Shown piece by piece: positions 50,957 to 63,506 of a DNA stretch of 64,000 nt; position 1 is the first letter of the stretch, and each line of letters starts with the position of its first letter. The position numbers and the translations under genes are program-made. The stretch comes from Enoplolaimus lenunculus (Eukaryota), in the NCBI GenBank assembly GCA_030248215.1, contig JASANG010001881.1:310001-374000 (forward strand), in the 5' to 3' direction. Under the pieces are notes generated by a model. It did no database searches. It was not told where the DNA came from and saw only the letters and a program-made list of their open reading frames with translations.

Positions 50957-51634
50957 GCGGGGTTCACGTTACAATTGGGGCAGCCTGGAACACGTTTTGT
51001 CCCTATGCTATAGCTGGTAACATTTTGTCTGACCGTTTATCCGCTATGAGATTCAAAAAATATGAATTGTCTGCTATCCTGATGTGACATCTACTGTTTG
51101 TACTGCAATATCATATGATATTCCAAATATTGTCTGCGAGTTTCATATGATATGTTTGAAAATGTCTGCAAAATTGTGGTAAACTAGCTTGATTGTCCTG
51201 TAGAATGTCATATGATACTAGAATTTCAAATTTGAATTATTTGTACTTAGGAATATATTTTGGGAAGAACTTAGCGAGAAACAGAATCGTAGAAGCTAAT
51301 TCGACTTGCAAAATCATTTAATGCTGCACTCTCCGGCTTTTTACTGTTTTTATTTAGCGTGCACAAATTCCATTGTCCTGTATAAATATCATATGACATT
51401 TAGTAGAATTTTGGAACATCATATGATATTCGCATAAATGTCCCGCAGTATCATATGACAAATGGTTATTTGTATACGATGATCGCTTGACATCAGTGAT
51501 TTGTAAGCCAATGTCATATGACATTCACATTTTGTCTACATAACCGCTATTCCGATCACAAAATTTTATGTTGACGTCGAATCAACTTGGACAAAACCTG
51601 TTCCGAGCTGCCCCAGTTATAACGTGAATGCCGC
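50957..51634. mobile_element. About 680-bp TIR element nested in a dispersed GGCCCGTAGCCAG repeat (50875-51722)
   Basis: TIR gcggggttcacgttac...ataacgtgaatgccgc with internal ATCATATGA motifs; sibling at about 27952-28423. Host family also at about 1384-1500, 4080-4237, 25747-25900, 33687-33855, 34431-34590, 36712-36860. Confidence 0.7.
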
Positions 51635-51797
51635 ATATATACATGCACGTTTGAAACATTTCTACGGAGCGGCAGATTATTTTACCGGGTTGAGCCCCTT
51701 TCGCCCCCTCTGACTACGGGCTTAGGACACCATCCCCGTAGAATCGAAAATAATCTACGGGTCTGGGACCAGAACCAAGTTCTACAGCATTGTTTTG

Positions 51798-54700
51798 TTA
51801 TTTCTCTTTGTTGCCTGAAAGTTTCAATCTTTCACAAAAGTGAAACTTGTCTTTGACTGAAATTTAAAATTCATAAACAACGTTAAACAACAAATGAAAA
51901 TGGTGCCAAAACCACGTCATTTACGTATCTTAAAACGCTTTCGGCCAATATAAAGATCAGGGCCGTAACAGTGGTACAAGCGTATTCCTAAACCTAAGCG
52001 CCTAAGCCTAAGCCCAATTAATAGCGTAATGATAAACAGTAAACCTAAAGCCTAAGTAAAATAGGTACATTCTAAAGCTAAAACTTAGTCAATAGCATTT
52101 TCGCTAAAAAAACGGTTTGCGTCTAATCTGCACATGAGCCACGCTTTCGTTCGTCATGTATCAAAATGTTCTTTTGTAAAGGAAAAAAAATGCTAATGTT
52201 GTTGCATGCGCTAAAGGCTCTATTACAATTGTACCACACTGTAAACTCCAATGAGTTAATTAACTAACTCAGACGGAAAGTTAATTATTTCTGAGTTAAT
52301 AACCGAGCACTTTAACTCACTCTGAGTTGACTTGATTCTCACTGTGAGTTGAGTTGAATCTGGGTGAGTTGATTAATTAACTCAGAATGAATTGAATCAA
52401 CTCAAAATTCTGAGTTCTGATAGTCCTAACTCAGATTGAGTGATTCAACTCATTCTGAGTTAAAATCAATTCACTCAAATTTACAGTGCATGCTCCCAAA
52501 ACAAACTCAGGTTTGGATTCAGGCTCAGGCTTATGCTTAGAACAACACATAACGAAGCGTAGGCTAAGCCTTAACGGTAAATTGCGAAGGAAAATGGATA
52601 CACTGTAAACTCCAATGAGTTGATTAACCAATTCAGCTAGCGAGTAAGTTATTTCTGAATTATCACCAGTATCCATTAACTCACTCTCAGTTGAGTTGAC
52701 TCTGGGTGAGTTGACTAATTAGCTATACACTGTAAATTCCAATGAGTTATTTAATCAACTCAGAAGGAAAATTAGTTATTCAAAATTCTGAGTTCTGATA
52801 GTCCTAACTCAGACTGAGTGATTCAACTCATTCTTAGTTAAAATCAACTCACTGGAATTTACAGCGTAGTATGTATTGAATAAACTCAAAATTTTGAGTT
52901 CTGAAAGTCCTAACTCAGACTGAGTGATTCAACTCATCCTGAGTTAAAGTCAACTCACTGAAATTTACGGTGTATGAACAAAAGCCGAAACTTACAGTAC
53001 AAAATTCCGATCACAGCACCCGGATGTCCAATAACGCTATGTAGCCGAAGATTATCCAAGGCGCTGCCACTAAAGTTTCCGCTGTGTCCAGTGTAACATC
53101 GTCCACGTTCCCACGCGTATAAATCGCAGTTGTGCAATCCACGGTTAACACAGTAGTCTTCGCATTGTCGTAAACGCACTGAACGCGCAGTTCTATTGAA
53201 GTCATTCATTAGGTTGACAACCTTGCATGTATTTTTAGAACACCATTTGTCGAATATATATTCGATGCATTCGGGTTTACTCACTGCAAATATTTATTCC
53301 AACTCATCTAAACAATACTTATTAATATCGACGTGTAGGGTCACAGCAGCCACCACCACCGATACCCCCATTTAGTGGGGGCCGCACCCCTAGAGAGGCT
53401 TCCACCCTAACCGGTTGAAACGAAAACCGCTTAAGTTTTAAAATAAGTCTATCTTCTCGCTCGCTAAGTTCGCGAATTTTGGGGGCCCCACGCCTGCCTG
53501 CTCCGGCACTGCCGTCGTGGATTGGATCGCGGTTTAGAGTGTCCTATCCGTTGAGATAAGATTCATATCAGCCGATGGCTGGCAAATACGAAGTTTAATA
53601 TGTTTTACTGGACTGGCTTCCATGGTTTTCACGGTTTGTAAGGCAAAACTAAAAATTGCTGAAACTGATATTTACATTTTGTAAGAAATTTGAAGCGGAT
53701 CGAAAAATTTAAAAAACGAAAAAAGTGCAATCAATTAGTAATTAAGCGTTCAGTGGTAGCGTGGGTCGAGTTGCTGCGATCCGGTCACCATCGCTATATT
53801 TCGTATCCGGTACAACTCTTGTACACTTTCACTCACATTTAGGGTTTGGGCTTTGGCTTAGGCATATATAAGCCTTGTTCAGAGCAAAACTTAATCGTAA
53901 ATTTGTGTGAAAAGCGCACAAGAGCAATTCATTGCAGTTCTAAATTATTCTCTTACACTGTAAATTTCGATGAGTTGATTAATAAACTCAGAGAGCGAAT
54001 TGGTCATTTCTTGTAATTTCTGAGTTAAAAACAGTAAACATTAAAACTCGCTCTCAGTTGGTTTAATTTCGGGCGAGTTAACTAAGTCAGAATGAGTTAA
54101 TTGAATTCTGAATTCTGGGTTCTGGAAGATTTAATTCGTAGCTCAGACTTCTGAGCGGATTCATCTCATTTTGAGTTAAAATCAACACAATGCAATTTAC
54201 AGTGAATTTGCTTTTATATAAATTATGTCAAAGTTTCACGTTATTTGATTTTCAATATTTTCAAGGCCCGTTTTTATAACAAATCTGAAATTTTACAAAT
54301 CATTTTCAGAAATTCCTATGATATTTAGTCAAAAAGTTCAACCACCTAGATTTCGTATGGTACAAGATGTACTGTTACATTTGCGGAACAGGTGCAAGTT
54401 GGAAAATATGCGCAATTTTACTACACCAACAAATGGGTGGTTTAAACTGCAATGCGCAATTTATACATTTTTGGTACACAGATTGCACTCAGTTGCATAC
54501 TCGGAACACAGATTGCACTCAGTTGCATACTCGGAACACAGATTGCACTCAGTTGCATACTCGGTATACAGATTGCACTCAGTTGCATACTCGGAACACA
54601 GATTGCACTCAGTTGCATACTCGGTATACAGATTGCACTCAGTTGCATACTCGGAACACAGATTGCACTCAGTTGCATACTCTTAACAACGGAATTGCAC

Positions 54701-57700
54701 TCATCATACTAATATAAAACACAAAAAAAAATCATAAAACAAAAAAAAAAAAAAAACAGATTGCACTCAGTTGCATACTCGGAACACAGATTGCACTCAG
54801 TTGCATACTCGGTATACAGATTGCACTCAGTTGCATACTCGGAACACAGATTGCACTCAGTTGCATACTCTTGTTAAACAGTGATCATATGCAAGGTTTA
54901 ACTGATTTAGATAAAGTTATATTTTTAAGGATCAAGTAGGTCATGCAAAGAATTCTAAAAATATCATTATATTTATATGGAATAGGGTCGTTGTTAAAGT
55001 GTTAAAAATGCATCGGAGTGAAATGTTAAACTTTGTCACGTAAACATTTTGGGTACCTTAAGCCACGGAAGGAAGTATTGTTAGCTACTTACGTTTTGAT
55101 ATTTCAGATACACTGTTAATTCCGATGAGTGGATTAATCAATTCAGCTAGCGAGTTAGTTATTTCTGAATTAATATCAATAAACTTTAACTCACTCTGAG
55201 TTGAGTTGATTCTCACTCTGAGTTGAGTTGACTCTGGATGAGTTGATTAACTAACTCAAAATGAATTGAAGCAACTCAAAACTCTGAGTTCTGATAGTCC
55301 TAACTCAGACTGCGTGATTCAACTCATTCTGACTTAAAATCAGAGTGTATATATACAAATGCACCTGTGAAATGCAGAGAATAATTGTGATATGCAGCTT
55401 GAGATTTTTGAAGAAGATCTTGTGGCGGCATATATCCAAGGAACTCTTCGACAAGCACACATTCTCCGTTGGAACAAAACCTTTCATCGTTGGAACAAGG
55501 AACCCCATCAGGCGCTGGTATGTCAACCAAGGTACCATTCAAGTGACTACAAGTCAGCGTGCAACTTTCGTTTGCTGCTTTGCGTGTATAAACTGAAGAC
55601 AAAAACAATACATTGCAAAAAATGGTGAGACAAATTGACTCTGTCCGAAATAAGCATTTCTGTACTACACAAACTGAGTCAACTTCGGATCCGCCAGACT
55701 CAAATTCGACTTACCCGAGCCACTCAGTGAGTCGAATTTGACTCTGGCGGAGTCGAATTTGACGCAGTTTGTGTAGTCCTGAAAAGTCTATTTCGGAGAG
55801 AGTCAATTTGACTCACCACTTTTTGAAGTGTACTAAAACTATCTTTCGGTTTAGAACAGGATTCAAACAAATTGCGGAAACTGAAGCCTAAAGACGCGAA
55901 TCAGAGACGAAGCCTAAATCTAAGCATAAAAGCGCCTAAATCTAGGCATAAACAAGCCTAAATCTAAGCATAAACAAGCCTAAATCTAAGCATAAAAAGC
56001 CTAAATCTAAGCATAAACAAGCCTAAATCTAAGCATAAACAAGCCTAAATCTAAGCATAAACAAGCCTAAATCTAAGCATAAACAAGCCTAAATCTAAGC
56101 ATAAACAAGCCTAAATCTAAGCATAAACAAGCCTAAATCTAAGCATAAACAAGCCTAAATCTAAGCATAAACAAGCCTAAATCTAAGCATAAACAAGCCT
56201 AAATCTAAGCATAAACAAGCCTAAATCTAAGCATAAACAAGCCTAAATCTAAGCATAAACAAGCCTAAATCTAAGCATAAACAAGCCTAAATCTAAGCAT
56301 AAACAAGCCTAAATCTAAGCATACACCTTAAAAGAACGCCTGAACGCTTACCTCCGCTACGTTTTATCAGTCCATGGTCTGTGGCGTTGTAATTTTGACG
56401 AATACGAAAATTTAAACCTAAGCATGGAGTCTGAACCTAAACCTAGAATGATATTTAAACATTAATTTTAAGTCTCACGTTCTACTGCAACACAATTTCA
56501 CATGTTAGAATTTAGCAAAACAAACGAACGCAACGAGGAAAATATATTTACAGATTATTAACCCTTTCTCACATGAATATTTTCAATTTCATATAAGATG
56601 TAATTTCAAGGTAAGATTCGATCCCCAGACTCACGGGTGGGAGGCGTTTACGATGACCACTGAGTTATAGGAAGTTGACATTTGGACCCGAGGGGGCTCT
56701 CAGTTCTTGTGCAGATTTTGCACTGCGCATATATGTTAGAATTGTTAAGCACTGTTCACAGTGTCTGTATTGCTCGTATATATTTTGTATTTAGTTGCTC
56801 ATAGTATATTCTAGCGAGAGGTAATCTGATTCTATAACCGAAATGCTATCAAAGATTCTGCCCAAATAGTTCCGTGGTTACCGCAACTGACAGCTCAAAA
56901 CCGCAAGCCCACGACCAGATTTAGGATTAGGCGTACATTTACTAGTAGGCTTTAGAAAACGACTTACCGATGCCTATAAGGCTAAACATTTGCAAAGCCT
57001 TCGAACAAGCCAACGCCTAAGCCATAACTTAAATGTGTTCGAGAGAAGTGTACAAGAAAATTGCTTACTCAGTCCAGAACGCTCACAAAAATCATATCCG
57101 TATTCCTGAATGGTTAAAAACGACGCTTCTGCAAGGGTACAAACGGTTCCTGCGGTTAACCGTCCAGAAAACAGTCCGACGGTGCCTTGCAACGACTTCT
57201 CGGGTGGTTTTGATGAATGCAGAGATAGCAAAATTTGACCTGCCACCGAACATTTTGTTGGAGTAAAATCATTCATAATTGTAGAAGGATCAGATTGCAA
57301 TAAACTCTGCAATTTTGAATTGCAAAAGTGTTCTGCTGTTTGTTGCGCAGAACGAATTGCACTTGGTATTCCGGATATTTCCTGAAAGTTAAGATAATCT
57401 CAATTGTTACTAAGGTGAGCTGAGTTGGCCAATGTATAGAATAGAGCCGTAATAGTAGTATAAGCATATTCTTAAACCTAAACCTAAGCCTAAGCATACG
57501 CGTAAAAATGAGCTTATACCTAAGCCGTAGCCTAACTCTATTGTCACTCCAGCAGAAAAACGTTCCGCCCCCGATCTTTACATGGGCCGACAAATATTTC
57601 TATTAATAAAAGTCGGTAAATGAATAGTCTTCAAAAATCCTACTTAGAGTCTATAAATGTCAATTATAATTTTTAATTTACTGTTCATGAGTGGTTTGTG

Positions 57701-60006
57701 GTTCATTTCAGTACAAAACTCGCTTGTCGAAAAAGTCTACTTATTTTCATAAAAGTATAAGTTTTAAAATGTTTCTGAAATGCCCCTAAAAATTATATTT
57801 CATGCATTTTTGTCACAGTTTCCTACCTCTAAAAAATTTTCCAAAACCGCTCTAACGAAAATTATTAATCCAAGATTGCTTAAACCTCAAAATTTGGATG
57901 TTGTGCCCGAAACAGTCCCGTCGTCTTCCTATCGTTTTCTCCCTTGCTTACGTACCTGACAGCCTTTTCCAAGGCAACTTGTCTCGTCTCTACACCTGGT
58001 CCCGTTAGCAGCAACAATTTCAAACGCCGTTTGATACATTAACTTCCCTCGAATCTCACGCCTATCCCTCGAATACTCCAACCGCATAGGTACACAACGA
58101 ACCGGCACCCCAGAGCAATCCAAAGACCCGTTGCCGGAAATCAGGCTCTCGTTCCCCAGTAAAGGAACCAAGCAGTAAACCTGATCATTATCCAAAAATT
58201 GCTGAGCCTTCGAATTAAGCATACATTGAGTATACACCGACGAAGAATGAGTAAACTTTTGATAATGCTGAATAAATTTTTCCGACGCCCAAATCGCTTC
58301 GTACGCGGAAATATTTCGTTCTGCTCCTGCGCTGACGACAGAATCTCGATGTTGCGTTGCCGAAATTAACGATAGCACACCGAGTAGCAAGCTGACTGCA
58401 GACATAAATGCAATTACCGTGAAAGTTGCACTGATTGCTGCATAGAGTTGACGTTTTTCATCGGCGAGTTGCGCGATTACTTGTTCGATTTGCACTTGGT
58501 CTGGGTCGGTAGCGGTGTCCAGTGTTGCTACTGTTGGTGATGGCCTAAAAATTATATGAAATCAAATACACACTGTAAATTCTAATGAGTTGATAAATCA
58601 ATTTAACGAACTCAAAACTCTGAGTTTTGATAGTCCTAACTCACAGTGGCGGATCCAGGATCTCAAAATGGGGGGGGGACATAATTTCACCGGTAATAAA
58701 CTTATTTTTGACCCATACTGTAGTGACCCAAATAAGAGGGGGTCCCCATTTTGAGTCCCAATTAATAGGAGTCCGTATTCCTAATAAGAATCCGTAAGCG
58801 GGTATAGTCCTTAATCCCTTGTTTAGAGTCCATAAATGTCTATTATCCCTAATTGTAGCGCATAAATGACTCCAGGGCCAAGAAACTTAAAAGCGTGGTT
58901 ATACTATTGTGTATAAAACAGAGAAATGAACAGCGTAGAACAGCAATTGACACTATATAATTTTTGTCGAGATGCTGTTGGGGGGCCACGGCCGGGGTGC
59001 CCCTCCGGTGGATCCGCCATTGCTGACTCATAATCAATGCTTTAGCTCATTCTGCGTTAAAATCAACTAACGGAAATTTACAGTGTAGGAATTATACCAA
59101 ATATATCCAATTGAACGAAATGAAAAGTAAGTTTATAAACAAAACTCTTGCCTCACCTGATGATATCAACCGTTGGCTTGGTTTTGATTTTGCATACCGG
59201 ATCTGATTTACACCACATTTCATAATCATCACGACACGATACCTAAAGTAAACTATATTATATAGCATTTGCTCAAGCCATACTCAGAGCAAACCTGAAG
59301 GGTTAAAACTCATAGTAAAATTTCAGTGTCAAACAAAAATTTTAGCATCGCTTGTAAAGTGTTTTGAAATAAACAACATGTCCCTTCTAAAATTGTTTCA
59401 GCCAACCCCGTCAGGCATTTGGATCTGAATACGACATTGAAATCATTATACAAAGGCTTGATAATTTTTAAAATTTGTATATTGGTCGACTGGCCAAACG
59501 TCCCGTTGGCCGTCGGCCGGCCAGGGCAAAACGTGGTAATTACACCGACACTGTCTGTAAGCAGCGGGCATTTCAGGAAGAGGATAAAACCGGACAAAGG
59601 AAACTTTCGAAAGTATTCATTAGAATAGTCAGTCGGTCCTACACTGCAAAAAAATGGTGAGTCAAATTGACACTCTCCGAAATACGATTTTCCGAACTAC
59701 ACAAACTGAGCCAAATTCGACTCCGCCAGCGTCAAATTCGATTCCCCCGAGTCGCTCAGTGAGTGGAATTTGTAGTCTGGCAGAGGCGAATTTTGACTCA
59801 GTTTGCGTAGTCCGGAAAAGCCTATTTCGGAGAGAGTCAATTTGACTCACCATTTTTTGCAGTGTTGAAGTCGCAATAACTTTTCAAGCTCGACGATCGC
59901 TCGCAAACGTTTTCTTTCGCATCAGAATTATCCAAATTCTTCCCCGTTGAACCCGATCTTTAGCTTCAAAATTCCAACTTACTGCAGTCGGTTTAGGCTT
60001 TGCCAT
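51798..60006 (-). CDS. Type II membrane protein with ADAM/ADAMTS-like Cys-rich motifs and a C-terminal PAN/apple-like domain, paralog A (exons 59983-60006, 59157-59242, 57956-58544, 57069-57381, 56352-56378, 55365-55592, 54346-54420, 52996-53283, 51798-51814)
   Basis: All junctions GT/AG and frame-compatible (phases 0,2,0,1,1,1,1,1). TM ISATFTVIAFMSAVSLLLGVLSLI; motifs IVAANGTRC and CTLTC...IPAPDGVPC...FCSNGEC; PAN-like CEDYC...NCDLYAWERGRCY. The small exons and the last exon are less certain. Confidence 0.75.
54477..54871. repeat. 30-bp tandem repeat CAGATTGCACTCAGTTGCATACTCGG(AA/TA), interrupted by an A-rich segment
   Basis: About 7 + 4 copies on either side of 54683-54756. Confidence 0.95.
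55911..56321. repeat. 22-bp tandem repeat AAGCCTAAATCTAAGCATAAAC (about 18 copies), telomere-hexamer derived
   Basis: Near-identical direct copies in an intron of paralog A. Confidence 0.97.
58644..59022. mobile_element. hAT-like CAGTGGCGGATCC MITE nested in a family D MITE and itself carrying another repeat
   Basis: TIR cagtggcggatcc...ggatccgccattg; TSD ctaactca/ctgactca; inner repeat at about 58716-58907, also found at about 5540-5927 and 35050-35480. Confidence 0.75.
59642..59864. mobile_element. Family E palindromic MITE (CACTGCAAAAAATGGTGAGTCAAATTG termini)
   Basis: Near-perfect long TIRs; copies at about 26755-26954, 47990-48139 (partial), 55611-55830, 60785-60992. Confidence 0.85.
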
Positions 60007-61989
60007 CTCGGCAGTTAAGTTTTTAATGTTTCATTCAAATCGCTGCAAACACAAGCAACCGATGGACTAAATTGTAAACAGTTGTAAACAGCTTTTACGG
60101 ATAATCTTCAACCGGAAAATGAACCGCAATATGCGACCGACCCTGCTTTGTGACAGTTAAGGAAATTCTTAGGTCGAATATAATTGGTTAAAGCTATAAG
60201 TTCAGTTTAAACTATTTAACAGTTTCAGTTGCTTTTAGAATTTCAAAATTCCACCAAAATGGTAAGTGAATCAGCGAAACGGATTCAAAAATACAACAAC
60301 CGGAAGTTTATCACAATACCAGGAACAGAGGGTATACAAAAATACAGTCTGAGCCTAAACGGTTAAAGGCTGTTTTAAATTTAGTAAAAATACAAGTAAA
60401 AATACGAATATAACTTTCCGGGCTTAAAAAATATAACGGCGTAGAGTCCGTTCGCTTCCGCGCTCGCCGCATACTTTTCTGGGTATGATCTCAAACTCTA
60501 GTCAGAAGTATTACAAATCAAACGCGAAACATGTGCTAAAACATAGAAGTGTTGACAATTTTAACAATTTCAACACAATGGTTGGCTTGTAGAAACATAA
60601 CTTTAAGTCAGATATAATAACTTATAAATGGTTGTTTACACATGTGAACTAAATTTCTAGCTATGATCTTTAATGAATTATTTACAGCTGGAAGTTCTCG
60701 CAGCAAAAGTTTGCACGTGTGAATAGGGATTTATGTTTTGTAGGTTTCGCTTCATTGCATTGTATAGTTTTAGTGCTCCTCCTACACTGCAAAAAACGGT
60801 GAGTCAAATTGACTCTCTGCGAAATAGGCTCTACGGAATTACACAATATGAGTCAAATTCGACTCCGACAAAGTCAAACGTGCGGCTCAGTGAGTCGAAT
60901 TCGACTCAGGCGGTGTCGAATTTGACTTAGTTTGTGTACTCCTGTAGAGCGTATTTCGGAGAGAGTCAATTTGACTAACCATTTTTTGCAGTGTAGTAGC
61001 AGCTCGTCAATGAGATCATCCGCACGGAAATTTACCATTTGACAAAAAAATCGACATGTGCACTTAACAGCAGTTTCAAACTTACCCCTTAATCGACTCT
61101 GGTTGAAAATTTCGATTCAACAAAGCCAGTAATAAATTTTCTTTTTACATAAAACAATCTTCAGTCCGCCTTTCAAAGTTTGATGAATTTCATTGTAGAA
61201 GCAACGACCTGACGCTTTCAAAACTCGCAGCATGTCAACAGAACAAAAAGCGCTTAGAAGAACATCGATACCGCTTCCAAAGTAAACGCAATCTCCCTCA
61301 TTTGAATACATCTGAAAATATTTGCGCTATCAAATGTTTCCAGCTTTATTACAGCACAGCAACCTACAAAATACGAAGCAAAGCAAAACTAAAATTTGAT
61401 GAACAAATTCGTCGAATGAATTAAATTACGTTTGTACTTCTGGTGGGTTCAGTTGGTAAAAATGCCAATCAACTATTCAAATCGCTGTAACAATATTTAT
61501 AATCCTTGAATCTTGTACATCTGGCCCCCATATTTGGCATCCTCAGTTAGAGGCTCATATTCTCAAATGTGTTTAGCACCTATATATCACCAGTTGCTAA
61601 TAGGTCCTGTAACTTTCGAACTATTTTATGCTGAGGCTTAACATTTCGCATCTGTTTTGCATATGACTATCTTTACTCCTATACCAATTTTGAGTTCAAC
61701 AACTGCAATAGCTAGTGAGTTTGAAAACCAACTACTAACTGATGATAGTTGCTATATACATTTGAGAATATGGGCCAAGGTTATAAGACTTATGGTTTGG
61801 TTTTAGCCTCCGCACTTTCGTATGCTTAGGCTTTAGACAAAGGTTTAGTATTAGGTTAACGCTTTTAAGGTACATACTGGTTTTAGACAAGCCTTTTTCG
61901 AAACCTAAGCCTAAGTCTAAGCGTGGTAACAGATGGTAATCTAATGGAGCTCCAACCCTGACTTCATCTACAAGAGATGCTCAATTTAG

Positions 61990-63240
61990 ATACCCAGGAC
62001 CCAAGAAGGTGAAACGCAAACCAATTGCAATCGAGCCAGCGATGGCACAATCGGACCCATCTGACGTCTGCCCGCGGCAAACTCGAGACTACATCGACCA
62101 ATTAACCAAAACTGAGAAAGACACATCATACTCAAAAACAGGTGTTGCAAGTGGTGCAGTCACTGCGCTTGCCCTGATTGCTGTTTGCAGTGCAATTATT
62201 GTACGCGTGCAAGTCACACAGCATGCAAATACAGTTGCAAATCGTTCAGATGCTATTTTAGCGATTAACGTGGGAAATTTAACCTCACTTTGGACTTCGC
62301 CGGCATTCATTCGTCAATGGCGTCACTTTACGATGACGTCATCCGCGACGTATCGATGTATGATGTATGCGCTTCGAGGTATCTTCAACTGTGTACAGCA
62401 CCTGTCTGTCTCCAATTGGTAATAGGTACGGTGCAACCGGATATTCGTTTCCGGTTTCGGTGCCCGTTTCCGTTATAGAAATAACGGAATTGTGTTGTTT
62501 TTTGTTCAAACTAGTTCTAAATCACGTATATACCTGGGATTTTTCATTGCAGATATGCTGCAATTATTCGAAATAAAATATAAATTACGAAATACATCCA
62601 CAATCTAAAAAAATTCGATGCATCCGTTATTTTTTCTTTGAAACTTTAGAAAGCCCTGGCCGAAAAATAAAAGCGCCAAAACAGTTCAAAACTATTTCAG
62701 TAATTTATTTGCTGTTTCAATAAAAAATACGTATTGGAGGGTGTTCAGGGAGCCGCAGCTCCCTATGAAAAATAACGCAAATTTGACGCAAAAATTTTCG
62801 CACTAGAAACTGGTTTTTAAAACAGAAAAGCAAAATATTTTTATGTTTCAAGTGAAAAAATTGCACCTCCCCCCACATTTGCGCGAGTGTGGGGGAAAAC
62901 TACAAAACTGCCTCTACGGTAGCACGTAATTTTTCAAACTATCGCAACCTGGTGATGCGGTGCTAAAGGTGCATTTGATATTACAGGCCGCAAACACAAC
63001 GGCGCCGAAACAGATGCGACCGACGAACAACCATTTTGTTGGTTTCCACGGTCGTCAAAATTCACATGGTCCCAATCAGACGCGAGGCGACACCGAGAGG
63101 GAAGTTGTGGGTCGACCACTGATGACGTTATTTGTTCCTACGCTTCAATTGAACCGGTTGAGCGTGAGAACGCGTTCCGGATTGTCTACGGAAAGTCGGC
63201 TGAGTATCGTGCGAACAATCGTGTCGCATGCAGGGTGACG
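61990..63240 (+). CDS. Type II membrane protein paralog B, partial (exons 61990-62378, 62987-63240)
   Basis: tttag/GTATCT and ttacag/GTAAGA; TM GVASGAVTALALIAVCSAIIV; LWTSPAFIRQWRHFTMTSSATYRCMM aligns with IWASEKFIQHYQKFTHSSSVYTQCML of paralog A; DEQPFCWFP and EYRANNRVAC align with NDQVYCLVP and EIVAANGTRC. Confidence 0.75.
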
Positions 63241-63434
63241 GTAAGAACTGTGTCCTGGTTTGTCAATTTTAAACATAAGATTTTTACGATGTATTTTACA
63301 AGCAAAAACAAGAACGTAGGGCGTTTGACCATGAGTGAAAAGGTTCAGGAATTTGATCTAAGCAAAATAGTCAGTATTGTCAGTCAAGGTAGGAACCGGG
63401 ACTTCAGACCTTTTTAACTAAGCAGCTAAAACGC

Positions 63435-63506
63435 GGGTTACAGGTGGTTTCGAACTGGCGACGTACGGATTTTGAGGCAAGCGCTAACCATTGCGCCACA
63501 CAGCCA
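63435..63506 (-). mobile_element. tRNA-derived SINE head or pseudo-tRNA
   Basis: GGCTGTGTGGCGCAATGGTTAGCGC...GTTCGAAACC; A/B boxes present, cloverleaf degenerate. Confidence 0.5.

Noticed and set aside
54318..54717. Four overlapping repetitive ORFs
   Set aside because: Derived from a 30-bp tandem repeat in an intron of paralog A.
59654..59853. Recurrent MVSQIDSLRNRLFRTTQT ORFs on both strands (also at 48.0 and 60.7 kb)
   Set aside because: Translations of the palindromic family E MITE; no transposase motifs were seen anywhere in the window.
62960..63238. ORF-track frame MLKVHLILQAANTT...
   Set aside because: A different frame (phase 1 from 62987) aligns with paralog A and has matching splice phases.
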